A DNA stretch of 63,938 bases, the filler included, from Octopus bimaculoides (lineage: Eukaryota): NCBI RefSeq assembly GCF_001194135.2. It is 8 parts of 7 records of this genome, joined end to end, with 100 filler letters (N's around TTAATTAATTAA, not from the genome) between each part and the next. Parts side by side here need not be neighbours in the genome. Positions count along the whole stretch, not along the records: positions 19,546 to 45,001 come from NC_068989.1; 7 more parts are not named here. One strand, 5' to 3'. Of this stretch, positions 26,805 to 38,859 are shown piece after piece. The position numbers and the translations under genes are program-made. The notes beneath the pieces are model-generated. The model was given only the letters and a program-made list of their open reading frames with translations, was not told where the DNA came from and did not search any database. Positions within the stretch are counted from its first letter, which is position 1; every line of letters starts with the position of its first letter.

Positions 26805-26955
26805 GGCGTAGGAGTGGCTATGTGGTAAGTAGCTTGCTTATGAACCACATGGTTCCTGGTTCAGTCCCACTGCGTGGCACCTTGTGTAAGTGTCTTCTAC
26901 TATAGCCTCGGGCCGACCAAAGCCTTGTGAGTGGAGTTGGTAGACNNNNNNNNNN

Positions 26956-27008
<53 letters not shown>

Positions 27009-27228
27009 TATATTTGTTTGTGTGTCTGTGTTTGTCCCACCACCATCGCTTGATAACCAATGCTGGTGTGTTTACGTCCCCGTAACTTAGGGGTTCGGCA
27101 AAAAGAGACCGATAGAATAAGTACTAGGCTAACAAAGAATAAGTCCTGGGGTCGATTTGCTCGACTAGAGGCGGTGCTCCAGCATGACCGCGATCAAATG
27201 ACTGAAACAAGTAAAAGAGTAAAAGAGA
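26805..27228 (+). mobile_element. tRNA-derived SINE with internal microsatellite (other copies about 27500-27870 -, 27880-28000 -, 43570-43815 -, 8100-8225 -)
   Basis: ggcgtaggagtggctatgtggtaagtagcttgc...ggttcagtcccactgcgtggcacc...gataagaataagtactaggc-like body...tgactgaaacaagtaaaagagtaaaagag. Confidence 0.85.
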
Positions 27229-27442
27229 GAGTCTAAGCTGGTGCACAGGCGCTTCCGTGTGCACGCGCACACATGTGTGCGTGTGTGTGTGTTGTGTGTG
27301 TGTGTCTGTGTATGTGTGTGTGTTTGTGTGTAGGCTAATTGAAGCAGACAGGAAAAATAGAACTCAAAACAGGAGTATTGTCATTAATATTTTAACCAAC
27401 GCACGAAACTCTCGGTCCTTGAGTTACTCTGTTGGTTCTGCT

Positions 27443-27502
<60 letters not shown>

Positions 27503-28019
27503 TTTATCTTTTACCTGTTCCAGTCAGTAGACTGCAGCCACTCTGGGGCACCGCCTTGAATTTTTATTCGGATGAATTGACCCCAGTACTTATTTTTTAA
27601 GCCTGTTACTTATTCTATCAGTCTTTTAAGCACACTGCTAGTAGACACACCAACACCGGTTGTCAAGTGGTGATGGGTGGGGGGACAAACACTTACACAT
27701 AGATATATATACATATATATATACGATAGGCTTCTTTCAGTTTCTGTCTACCAAATAGCCTGAAACTATTGCAGAAGACACTTCCCCAAGATACCATGCA
27801 GTGGGACTGAACCTAGAGCCACGTGGTTGGGAAGCAAGATTCTTACCAGACAGACACTCCTGCGCATATATATTCTTTTATTCTTTTACTTGTTTCAGTC
27901 ATTTGACTTGGACCATGCCTTTAGTCGAACAAATCGATCCCAGGACTTAATTTTCAAGCCTAGTACTTATACTATCAGTCACTTTTGCCGAACCACTAAG
28001 TTATGTGAGGAATTATGTA

Positions 28020-28181
28020 CAATATTTACATTATTTACATTCGACGGATATTTGTCCTCATCTTGTTTGTTGTTAACACAACGTTGCGGCTGATATACTC
28101 TCCAGCCTTCCTCGGGTGTCTTGAGGAAATTTCGAACCTGGGTTCTCATTCCTAAGGTATTTTTCGATGTTGTCGTTGTTG

Positions 28182-28221
<40 letters not shown>

Positions 28222-28307
28222 CAGGTCAGTGCCCACGGACATATGGCGTAGTAGTTAAGAGCGCGGGCTACTAACCCAAAGATTCTGTGTTCGATTCCAA
28301 GCAGTGA

Positions 28308-28342
<35 letters not shown>

Positions 28343-28490
28343 TCGAAAAATACCATAGGAATGAGAACCCAGGTTCGAAATTTCCCCAAGACACTTGATC
28401 GATGCTGGGTAGTATATCAGCCGAAACGTTGTGCTAACAACAAACAAGATGAGGATAAATATCCGTCAAATGTGAAAATTGTAAATAACG
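28020..28490. mobile_element. Inverted pair of a tRNA-headed SINE-like element carrying a degenerate minimal hammerhead
   Basis: Arms 28020-28233 and about 28300-28490 are reverse complements. They enclose a head with A box tggcgtagtagt (28244) and B box gttcgattcc (28289). Confidence 0.8.
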
Positions 28491-29274
28491 TACAAAATAT
28501 TTTAAAAATTTTTTAATACAATTCCGAATAATATTTAATCATAAAAATTACTACAGGGTTTTTAAAATATGGAATGGTTATGGGGACCCAGTACAGTAAA
28601 TAGAAATTGAAGGGGTCTACTAAAAGATTTTTTTTAAATATTGAAAAGTTATTTCTTTATACTCATTTAATTTGCTTTTCATTACGCAAATTAATACTGG
28701 CTAAAAGTATTTTGAAGTTCGTTCACTTTATTTATGTAAAATATTTTGCCTGTAAGATCAAACAAGTAAATATATGCTCATCTCCGAGAGCGATGGAGAA
28801 CCTTCCAAATATCTAGAATGTAAAACAATATTTGTTTGTAGACTTTATACTGGTATTTAACCGTTTCTCAATAGTCACCTCTAATCTAACGAATATAAGG
28901 CTGGCAGTTCATGTATGCTTGATTAAACAGTATCCCCGGGAACTTGTTTTAAAGTGTTGTTGTTTCTTGTTGTTATTTTTTGCTTAGACCCCGGTCTACT
29001 CTGACCGACTAAACCTGTGGTCAAAGATGTTCAGGCCGAAGCCAATTCGCGTTCTTGGAGTTATCTACGATTGCATTATCTAATGTGTCTTTTTGTTGTT
29101 TAATTTGAAAGAGGAGATTCCGTTATTTTATTAGAACTTGCTGGCTAGTTCAGTTGTATAAGCAACTGAACTAGCTGGCTAGTACAGATGTATATACAAC
29201 TGATAAAATCTTCAGATTACAATACATTAACATCGACAAACATGCATGTATAATAGAAACGTATAAAGAGAATA

Positions 29275-29900
29275 GTAATATCCCTACATCAGAGATGATA
29301 TAAGAGAGCTAACTGGAGGGAAATGGTAGAGTTCAATATAAGGAGTTAATTTGGAAAAGGATGGATATGGTAAGTATAAAGGGAAATAAGAGAACAAAAA
29401 TAAAAGTAAAAATATATGTAAGATGTTGCAATTGCAAAACATGAACGCCTATTGGAATCTACATACCATGGGCAAGAAGCATTTCTACCCATTCTGCACA
29501 GCACTTTCCTTAGGTAATGGAACTGCAACTGTAACATCCTACACATATTTACTTTTATTTGTATTCTCTTATTTCCCTTTATACTTCTTATATCCATCCT
29601 TTTCCAAAATAACTCCTCGTATTGAACTCTACTATTTCCCTCTAGTTAACTCTTTCATATCGTCTCTGATGAAGGGATATCCCTAATATCCCAGAAACAG
29701 CTGTAAGTCTATAAATGTCCTATAAATTCCACACAGCCTTAGTTTTGTTGTCTCATTTTATTTACCATATACATGCTCACACAAGACCCGCATTAGACTT
29801 CTCACTCCTATTATTATCGAACTGTGAGTCTAACTACGGTTCTCCCGTACTTACATAGCCTTACCCGCCATCTTGGGTCTTCTGGATATCAATAGCTCTC
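29275..29900. mobile_element. pLTR-like element with about 160-bp inverted repeat and hammerhead motif
   Basis: 29275-29435 is the reverse complement of about 29520-29685. It continues into a tail shared with 23967-24185. Confidence 0.75.
29661..29710 (+). ncRNA. Minimal type I hammerhead ribozyme motif, core intact
   Basis: cgtct-CTGATGA(29666)-a-gggatat-cccta-atatccc-a-GAAA(29694)-cagctg-TA. This gives a 7-bp stem II, palindromic acagctgt stem III, and a GUA cleavage triplet ending at 29705. Activity is untested. Confidence 0.7.
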
Positions 29901-30239
29901 ATGTCTGTGTGTGTGTGTGAGTGTGAGTGTGTGTGTGTGTGTGTGTGNNNNNNNNNNNNNNNNNNNNNNNNNNNNNNNNNNNNNNNNNNNNNNNNNNNNN
30001 NNNNNNNNNNNNNNNNNNNNNNNNNNNNNNNNNNNNNNNNNNNNNNNNNNNNNNNNNNNNNNNNNNNNNNNNNNNNNNNNNNNNNNNNNNNNNNNNNNNN
30101 NNNNNNNNNNNNNNNNNNNNNNNNNNNNNNNNNNNNNNNNNNNNNNNNNNNNNNNNNNNNNNNNNNNNNNNNNNNNNNNNTATATATATATATATATATA
30201 TCACATTATCATTCAGTCATTCAGTGTCACTACTAGACT

Positions 30240-31225
30240 GTAAACAACGTGTTCGCTTTCTGTTGTTTTTCGGTGGTGCAAAATCACTCTCGTCACTGGA
30301 AATATTTAATGGCGATATATCTTCATGTGTATCTTGAATAAAATTAACATCTTGTGTTTCTTTTGTCTCGCTGGTTTTGAATACGAATTCGGTTATCAGA
30401 CGCTGTGATTTTATTTTTTTAGTTCTTTATATGATTCTTCATAATGTGCCATAATCATTTTCAAATCACGTAGGAATTGTACAGCTCGTTCAACATTGTT
30501 ATCATTTGTAAGAAAATTTCCAAGTCCATTGGCTATTTGGAAGCCTTCTAGAATTGTACTTGCAGATAGTGGAACCACTTCTTCATCATCACTACTATAA
30601 ACTAACGTAGAATCATATACATTCTCTGAAATATTCTCTATAATTTGTTCTTCATTAGGAGCTTCGTGAATTGTTAATCCTGCAATATCTTCAAATGTTA
30701 ATTCGTCAAAACCTTCTCTGCCAATCTGATGTGACAAAGTGATGATATCAGAATGTAATTCGTTCGTATTTATATTAGATACGAGATTTTAGGCTTCACA
30801 CATTCTGGCCAAAGTGATCTCCAGCATGCATTTAGGGTGGATGGCTTTAATCTGGATAAACACAATTGATTATAGTAAATTTTTCCATGCTTGAATGATT
30901 GAAAGTGAATCCTTTTTCTAGTTCATCTATAATATATTCAAATGTTCACTGGATATAATATGATTTGAATGTTGAAATTATACCTTGATCAAGCAGTTGA
31001 ATCAGCGATATTGTATTAGGTGGCAAGAATACGACTTTTACATTCGGGTGTTCCAAATCTGGATGACAGGGTGAATTGTCTATAAGTAAAAAGACTTTAA
31101 ACTCAAGACCTTTATCTTCCGTATAACTTCTTACTTCCGGAACGAAGCAGATGTTAAACCATTCAGTAAATATTTCTGCCGTCATCCATGATTTTTTTAT
31201 TAGCTCTCCAATGAACTGGTAATTT
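30240..31225 (-). mobile_element. Tigger/pogo (TIGD1-like, DDE_1) transposase relic
   Basis: MTAEIFTEWFNICFVPEVR...KVFLLIDNSPCHP...VVFLPPNTISLIQLLDQGIISTFKSYY. Confidence 0.9.
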
Positions 31226-31254
31226 ACTTAAGTCTACGCCTTTCATTGCACGCG

Positions 31255-31559
31255 GTTATGACGACGAGGGTTCCAACTGATCCGATCAACGGAACAGCCT
31301 GTTCGTGAAATTAACGCGCAAGTGGCTGAGCACTCCACAGACACGTGTGCCCTTAGCGTAGTTCTCAGAGAGATTCAGCGTGACACAGATTGTGACAAGC
31401 CGGCCCTTTGAAATACTGGCACAACCCATTTTTGCCAGCTGAGTGAAATGGAGCAAGGTGAAATAAAGTGTACTGCTCAAGAACACAGCGCGTCGCCGGG
31501 AATTGAACTCACTACCATATGATCGTGAGCCGAATACCCTAACCATTAGGCCACGCGCC
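31255..31559 (-). mobile_element. tRNA-derived SINE; 3' tail shared with 54432 family
   Basis: aggcgcgtggcctaatggttaggg...gagttcaattcccgg...gtggagtgctcagccacttgc...gatcggatcagttggaaccctcgtcgtc. Confidence 0.85.
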
Positions 31560-32595
31560 TATATATATATATAGTGTGTGTGTGTGTGTGTTTGTGTGTG
31601 TGTGTAGGTGTGTGTCTGTAGGTATATATATAGTGTGTGTACGTTTGTGTGTGTGTATGTGTGTGTTAATAACAGCTTGACTCAACTTCATATGACTCTA
31701 AAATTCGTGGGCTCGTGGGACGGACTCATTTCATCAGATATGGGAAGAAGAGTCTCTCTAGCTTCACACCAAAAAAACATTACTTCATATAAACTTAAAA
31801 TCAAACTGCTGGGAAAAAGTAAATGTATAATAATTTTAAGCAAGTAAGTTGAGTGCCACTTTCTCTCGTTTGACCACTCACTCATATCTGCATGTGGGTG
31901 GGTGTATGTAGATGTGTGTACGTATTTAATACACATATAATATGGAGTTATAGATACAACATCCTCATGTATGCATTCAAAAATACTCAGTTATTGATGT
32001 ATTTCATTAAGTTACATTGAATATAACTTAGAATGAGTTAAATGTCAGAACCCCAAATGGTTATTTAATATATTAACTATTATATCTACATATTCCACAT
32101 AGAAACAGCAACTGTTTTCCAATTTGCCATTCTTTAGTATGTATGTATGTATGTATGTATGTATGTATGTATGTATGTATGTATNNNNNNNNNNNNNNNN
32201 NNNNNNNNNNNNNNNNNNNNNNNNNNNNNNNNNNNNNNNNNNNNNNNNNNNNNNNNNNNNNNNNNNNNNNNNNNNNNNNNNNNNNNNNNNNNNNNNNNNN
32301 NNNNNNNNNNNNNNNNNNNNNNNNNNNNNNNNNNNNNNNNNNNNNNNNNNNNNNNNNNNNNNNNNNNNNNNNNNNNNNNNNNNNNNNNNNNNNNNNNNNN
32401 NNNNNNNNNNNNNNNNNNNNNNNNNNNNNNNNNNNNNNNNNNNNNNNNNNNNNNNNNNNNNNNNNNNNNNNNNNNNNNNNNNNNNNNNNNNNNNNNNNNN
32501 NNNNNNNNNNNNNNNNNNNNNNNNNNNNNNNNNNNNNNNNNNNNNNNNNNNNNNNNNNNNNNNNNNNNNNNNNNNNNNNNNNNNNNNNNNNNNNN

Positions 32596-32637
<42 letters not shown>

Positions 32638-34199
32638 TCATACAATCATACAAGCATACACAACTGATATATATATATATATACATATTTCGTCTTAGTA
32701 AGCAAAATATGCTAAATAATATGACTTATTGATTTACATAATATATATATGTGTGTGTGTATAAATATATACACACACGGACACACACAAACACACATAA
32801 ACACACGCATATACATACATATATATATATACATACATACACACATACATACATACGTACGTACATACATACATACATACATACATGCATACATACATAC
32901 ATACATACATACATACATGCATACATACGTTCATACATGCAAACATACATACAAGTTAAATCGTCACACATAATCGAGATCTCATTATCATCGAATCTTC
33001 GATTTCTTATAACATAGCATTAATTTTAAAATATAATTTCTAATTTGACACCTTATCATACAAATTCTTCATTTTTCCCAAAATCAATTCAAGAATTAAT
33101 AGCTTTGCAGCAAGTCTCTCTGACTTTCGTTCTCTCTCCAACTCTCGTCTTGCTTTACTCTGTCTATCGTTTATTTTCGCCTTAACTGTCATTCTCTTTC
33201 TACCTTACTCTTCCTCTCCGTCTCTTTCTTTTTCCGTCTATCTCTTCCTCTTTCACTCTTACTCTCCGCGTCTCATTTTCTTTATAATTTTCAATTATTC
33301 TTTCCTTCCTTTTCTTAGACTTTTCTTTCAAATTCTAATCCGCCACAAGGGATAAAAATATTAAAGGATTTACATCATAATGTTAAGGTCATGGATAAAT
33401 ATTCAAAAATGCATTCCGAATAACAGAGAAGTGTAAATAAGTGTGTAACTTTATAAAATATTATAAGTTATGGTAAACGGACTACGGGTATCCAGAGGAC
33501 TACCAAAGAATATTCTGGACGAAGGTTATGATATAAAAGCAATAAAAACCAAACACACTCACAAATATGGAAAACATTATACACATTTAGATCTAAACAA
33601 AGTATTGCTGCTAATCTCAAATACCTGTTGCCTTAGTATTATCGTCACTATACTGTGCCCTCCAAGAAATCCAATAATGTGACAGTGTCCTTCTATTCAA
33701 ATATTGATATATACGACTTTGCATAGGGTAAAACCGGACATACAAACGCATACACACGTACATATATATTTATTACTTCTAAAGAAGAAAGAGCAACAAA
33801 TTTATGTTCTTATATGCCTTTACATAATTATATATATATATATATATATCCTGTACGTATTCGTGATCTTGCGAATAATTCTCTTACGTTTGTTTCTAGT
33901 CAAGAGCAACGAACGTGTTCAATTACCGCTGGTCGGTAGCCATCTTACAAATCACTAGAATGAAAGATCACTTGACTTTTCTTTATGGTCCAACTCCTCC
34001 ATAAAATTTCTCTCTGTACAGAGGTTTTTACACATGTCCAAATAAAATTCACAATTTCTATAACAATTTATACTTCTGAACTGAAAAAGCTTAGTAAATG
34101 CTTACATGGGTGATATTGTGAATAAAAGACACTCAAGACAGAATCAAGGGTTCAGCTAAGTCAAGTTTTTGACTTATCGTAGTTGCGTCTGTTTCGTTA

Positions 34200-34960
34200 A
34201 ATTTATTCAGTGGTATGGCATAAACATTAATAATTTTAATAAGACTTTGTCATTTGCATTTTTACGCCAGCATATTTGGCGATTTCCTTTTACGTTTATG
34301 AAGTCCAAGAATATTTTTACAACATAGCGTATAAATATAACTATTTGAAGGATATCTTGTAGAGTAATTCAACGTTAAACTGAATGTAGCACTGCTTTGC
34401 AAATCACTTTGCAGAGAACACGTGACTGTAGCACTAATTTCAGAAATGCATCTAACGGTAGCAGTTGCGGGAGATAGAAAGTGTTATTGCTCCTCGAAGG
34501 TTTGAGTTTTCTGGAGCAAGAATTGCAATAACAGCACTAATATTCTCCATGACTGTAAGGAAGGTTACTGTAAGCAATATTCAAAGTTATAACAAAGCTA
34601 GCTTCTGTAGTAAAAGCACTTTGCTTACAATGAGAGAACAAGCTATTTTGCTTGGTGACGAAATTAGATTTTAGCAGTTCATCTTATTTATTTGCAGTTC
34701 TGATACAGAGAGAAATTCGGATGTGATTTTTTTTTTTTTACAGTTGTCATGTTGACATTTTAAATTGCTGGCTTTAAACTGGCTAATGATTGCATGTCAG
34801 CCATGCTACCACTGCCATTTCACCGTTAACAATAAACTCAGATCTGTTCTCCTTATGTTTGTTGAAAACCCAAGTTTCTTGTTCGTATTTCCGTTTAATA
34901 CTCTTCTCTCATTTTAAACAGATCCTTTATCAGTTTAACTTTTGCATCTGAAAACTTAGG
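34200..34960 (-). mobile_element. hAT-Charlie (GTF2IRD2/EPM2AIP1-like) transposase relic
   Basis: Broken frames: ENRSEF...LTCN...SLKASNLKCQH; EASFVITLNIAYSNLPYSHGEY; SRNTATVRCISEISATVTCSLQSDLQSSATFSLTLNYST. These match the family pattern ASY.V...IAK...P...GE / LSR.TV.RRI / FSLALDESTD. Confidence 0.55.
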
Positions 34961-35532
34961 CAATCTTCAAATCGAAAAAAATCATTCTTGCTTAAATTTC
35001 GATTGCCATAAAAATATTTGTTTTCGGAAACATTTCCGAATGAATGTTCTAATTAGTTGTAATCCATCATGCCAGCATGCGAGGAAAATAGAAGAGCGTT
35101 AATCTAAACATAGGAATAAAGATCGTATCATATCTGCCGTATCATAAGTATGGATCGCATTCAGCGAGTTAAAATCATTGTTTGGACTCATAAAGCATAA
35201 AGATGTTGAAAATGATAACATGAACCGCTCGTACATTAATTCCTGTTAACTTTTGTTCACGTCCTTTCGGTAACATGCCGTACATACAATCAATTCTCTT
35301 TCGATTAGTTACCTGTACCCTCCCTGTTCAAACTTACGATATCTGCCTGTGACTTCGAATAATCCAACAAGCAGAAACGACAACATAGAAAACAAAAGAT
35401 TAATGGTTAATCTGTCAATCTTATGATTTCTAGAGTATAGTCCTTTAAGGAAAAATGACAGTGAAGCCTATTATTAACTCGGAATCAGTACGCAACAGAT
35501 TTGATAACCGTATACTGTTCACCAGCTACAGC

Positions 35533-35620
<88 letters not shown>

Positions 35621-35929
35621 CATGCCTTGTTGACAGTGACTTCAAACTTTCGGTTAGCTAAGCCACTGTTGGACTGCGATGCATTAGAATTAGTCTTGCC
35701 TTTATATAATCTCTCTTGAGTTAAAATCTTCTTCGGGTGTGTGAGTTTGAGTAGGGTGATAATTAGGTTTTGTGGTTGGTAGTTATGGAGAGGTGGGTTG
35801 GAAATGTATTAATTGGTTAAATCTGAAGTCATGTTACTGTTTAGAATTTACTCATACATGTATAAATTTGTAAACAATCCTGTAGGAGTTTCACTTTTGT
35901 TATGTAGGTACAAGGTGTGACAGTTGTCT

Positions 35930-37020
35930 ATATATGGACGACAGTCTACTCCTACAGAGAAAATACAACCCACAAAAATCTGATAAATTAGGAAAAATCT
36001 AAATCATTTCTTCAAAAGCTTCGGTTTCTCAATCACAGCAGAAACACAACTAAAATCAGTCAAATTCCTAGGTTGACCTGGAATCAAGTATCAGTAAACC
36101 ATACAAGAAAGATAACGAAAATGTTCAATATATACATAAACAATCCAGCCACCCGAAGAGTATTATAAAAAACAAAAAAACATATCTCTCAGACTTTCCT
36201 CTTTATCTTCAAATGAAAAAGTGCTAAACGAAGCAGTAACTCCATATAACGGAGCTCTCACTAATAGCGGTTACTTGGAAAAAGTGCAATATATAAGAAT
36301 CAATCCTCCCACAATAAATAAAATACTTAAGAACAGAAAAAGAAAACAATATCAGATATAATCCCCTCTTTAACACACAGCTCTTCACACCAATAACTAA
36401 ATTATTTTTCAAAATACCGCAGAAACACTTCCACTTCAAACACAAGTATTACAAGCTAATGAACAAACACGGCGTTAAATTGTCATACTCTAGAACTGAC
36501 AACTTTGAAAAACGTGTAGCCAACTACAACTTGTCTAAAACTTTCTAAAATTGAAGACCTAAACCATACACCCGCAATAACAATTGTTGCACACATTCAT
36601 CCGACCCAATAGAATGAAACTGTCTCTCGAACAATATTGTATATTTTGCAACGGTAACCACAAACATGACATCAGCTTCTATATCTACATACATAGGATC
36701 AACAGCAATCCAGTTCAAAACATGATACAACCAAAACACGTACATGTGTTTTGCCGCCAAGAAAAACTGATGCGTCACTGTTCGAATATATATAGCAATT
36801 AAAATTTTAAAAAACACTCCGCTTATCATCAAGTGGAAAATACTCTCACGAGCACATCCCTACCAAAGTAATAACAAACCCTGCCGACTTTGTACAAATG
36901 AATCCCACCCCATTCTAATATTCATGAACAAAATCCTGAACCGAAACTCCGAACTAATCTCTTCATGCAAGCACAAAATCTTAAAAACGCTAAAACACTT
37001 TAAACCAATAATCTTTTTAC
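35930..37020 (+). mobile_element. Penelope-like retroelement relic (RT C-terminal half + GIY-YIG endonuclease)
   Basis: FFKSFGFSITAETQLKSVKFL; KPYKKDNENVQYIHKQSSHPKSIIK; YNPLFNT; VKLSYSRT; NCLSNNIVYFATV...TYIGST; KWKILSRAHPY...CRLCTNE...LNRNSELISSCKH. Confidence 0.85.
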
Positions 37021-37571
37021 TAACGGCTAGACTTGTTGCTATCACATCAATTCCACCCCACCCCCCATCTACATACACCATAAGTCATCCCTATAATATA
37101 AAATATAGAAATCGCTCTTACAACTTTACACTTTCACATAAAGCAAATACTCAAGAACTTATCTAAAAGTCTCCAACCAAAATCCTCACAAAAGATTTTC
37201 TAATATAACTACACAAACCTACAAACACAAACATAAAATGTGTATTTGTATGCAAGCAAACTGAAAGAAACTTTTCCCTTATCTTTTTTTAAATTAAATT
37301 ATATTACACTTTGTTCACATTTGTTAAATGGTACATGAATATATATACACACCTTCTAATAGATTTTCTAATATAATACACACCTACATACACAAATGTA
37401 TACTTTTATGCAAGCAAACTGAAGGAACTCTTGTCATACCTTCTCTTGTATTCTCTCTGGATAAATTGCAGCATTCGCTTAAAATATCAAATATATATAT
37501 ATCAAATTCACTTAAAATATCCTACACTGCCTCACCAGTTTGACCACACGTTCGGCTGATTAGTGAAGATA

Positions 37572-37770
37572 AGGCGGCGAGCTGGCAGAAAGGTTAGCAC
37601 GCCGGGCGAAATGATTAGTGGTATTTCATGTGTCTTTACGTTCTGAGTTCAAATTCCGCCGAAGTTGACTTTGCTTTCATCCTTTCCGGGTCGATAAATT
37701 AAGTACCAGTTGCGTATTGGGGTCGATCTAATCGACTAGCTCCTTCCACAAAAATTTCGGGCCTACATGC
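37572..37770 (+). mobile_element. tRNA-derived SINE (ggcggcgagctggcag family)
   Basis: Near-complete copy: ggcggcgagctggcagaaaggttagcacgccgggcg...gttctgagttcaaattccgccg...aaaatttcgggcct. Confidence 0.88.
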
Positions 37771-38278
37771 TTAATGTAGTTCTCAATACTTGTTCCTGTT
37801 TCAAGGCTTCTGCTTTAGTTTTTTTCTTTTTTTCCACAACCATCTTTTACCTGGGTCTGTGTCCTGTCATATCTCTGTAAAGAACTGACCGTGTATCTTC
37901 TTGTCCTTCCAGTTGTTTTCCCTCTTCATTTCTGCCTTTGTTTTGTAATTTATTTTGTTCTGACTATTTCCGTATGTAATAGACATACTTTCCTTACTTG
38001 TACAAGTATTCCTTCCTTTGCATCTTTTATATACCAAACAATATTGTTTTCCTCTGTCTTAATACTATCCTAACAACTTATCAATCCTCGACCTCCTTTC
38101 TTTCTTCCAAGGTATAACTTATCAATATCACTTTCCTTTTGCAACGCATCGTATATTGCCAGTAGTTTCCTTGTTCCTTTTTATATCCTAGGATTTTAGT
38201 TCTTCTGTTCGATATCGTATTACTCCTACTCCATACCTCAAGTGAGTAATTGTCCATGAATTTATTGCTTGAAACATT
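37770..38278 (-). mobile_element. R4/Dong-like LINE fragment
   Basis: MFQAINSWTITHLRYGVGVI...SDIDKLYLGRKKGGRGLISC...WKDKKIHGQF...EQVLRT. Begins at a short (AAT)n at 38279-38289. Confidence 0.8.
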
Positions 38279-38289
38279 TTTATTATTAT

Positions 38290-38818
38290 TGAATGAGAGA
38301 GCAGCGCATGCTACCAAAGTGACACTGAGGTACAAATATACGAAGCCCAGTGTGCCCATCATGACAACTCATCTGATAAGGGTACACTAGGCACAACAAT
38401 ATATGTGCGACATGGTGACCTTATATCACGATAAACAGCGCATGACCTTGCATGTGGGCCCAGTTAGAATTTTCTTTAGGTTGAGTAGCCCATCCCGCTC
38501 AAAAGATCCCTGAATGAGGGTTGTTTAAGGATGATAAACGAAACACCCATGTTACCAGAGGTGAATTATTCAAACCTCAAAGAATTTCTCTCAACACGTG
38601 GCTATGGTGCTTCCCCCACTACTCCTGCTCGTGATTAGAGATGCACATATCGTCAGCTACTAAGAGACGTACTCAACTGGTTATGGTCAAGCATTGAGTA
38701 GAATATTTGCTGTAGCCCATCTTTTTATACCAAGACAAAACAATGTACATGGTAACGCTTCCAATCAGTTAAGATTAGAAGCAATGAGAGCCAGTGCCTG
38801 ATACTGTATCAGGGCACT
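38290..38818 (-). mobile_element. About 530-bp non-coding element flanked by (TAA)n; terminal fragment also at 13827-13910
   Basis: gagagagcagcgcatgctaccaaagtgacactgaggtacaaatatacgaagccc... recurs at 13827. Both ends sit in tta tracts. Confidence 0.65.
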
Positions 38819-38859
38819 ATTATTATTATTATTATTATCATTATTATTATTATTATTAT

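Noticed and set aside
28237-28310. tRNA-like sequence
   Set aside because: A/B boxes are present but there is no acceptor stem, and it is followed by a repeat body; treated as a SINE head.
36620-36635. In-frame TGA in Penelope GIY-YIG as selenocysteine
   Set aside because: It aligns to a Gly position and the element has many other stops and frameshifts.
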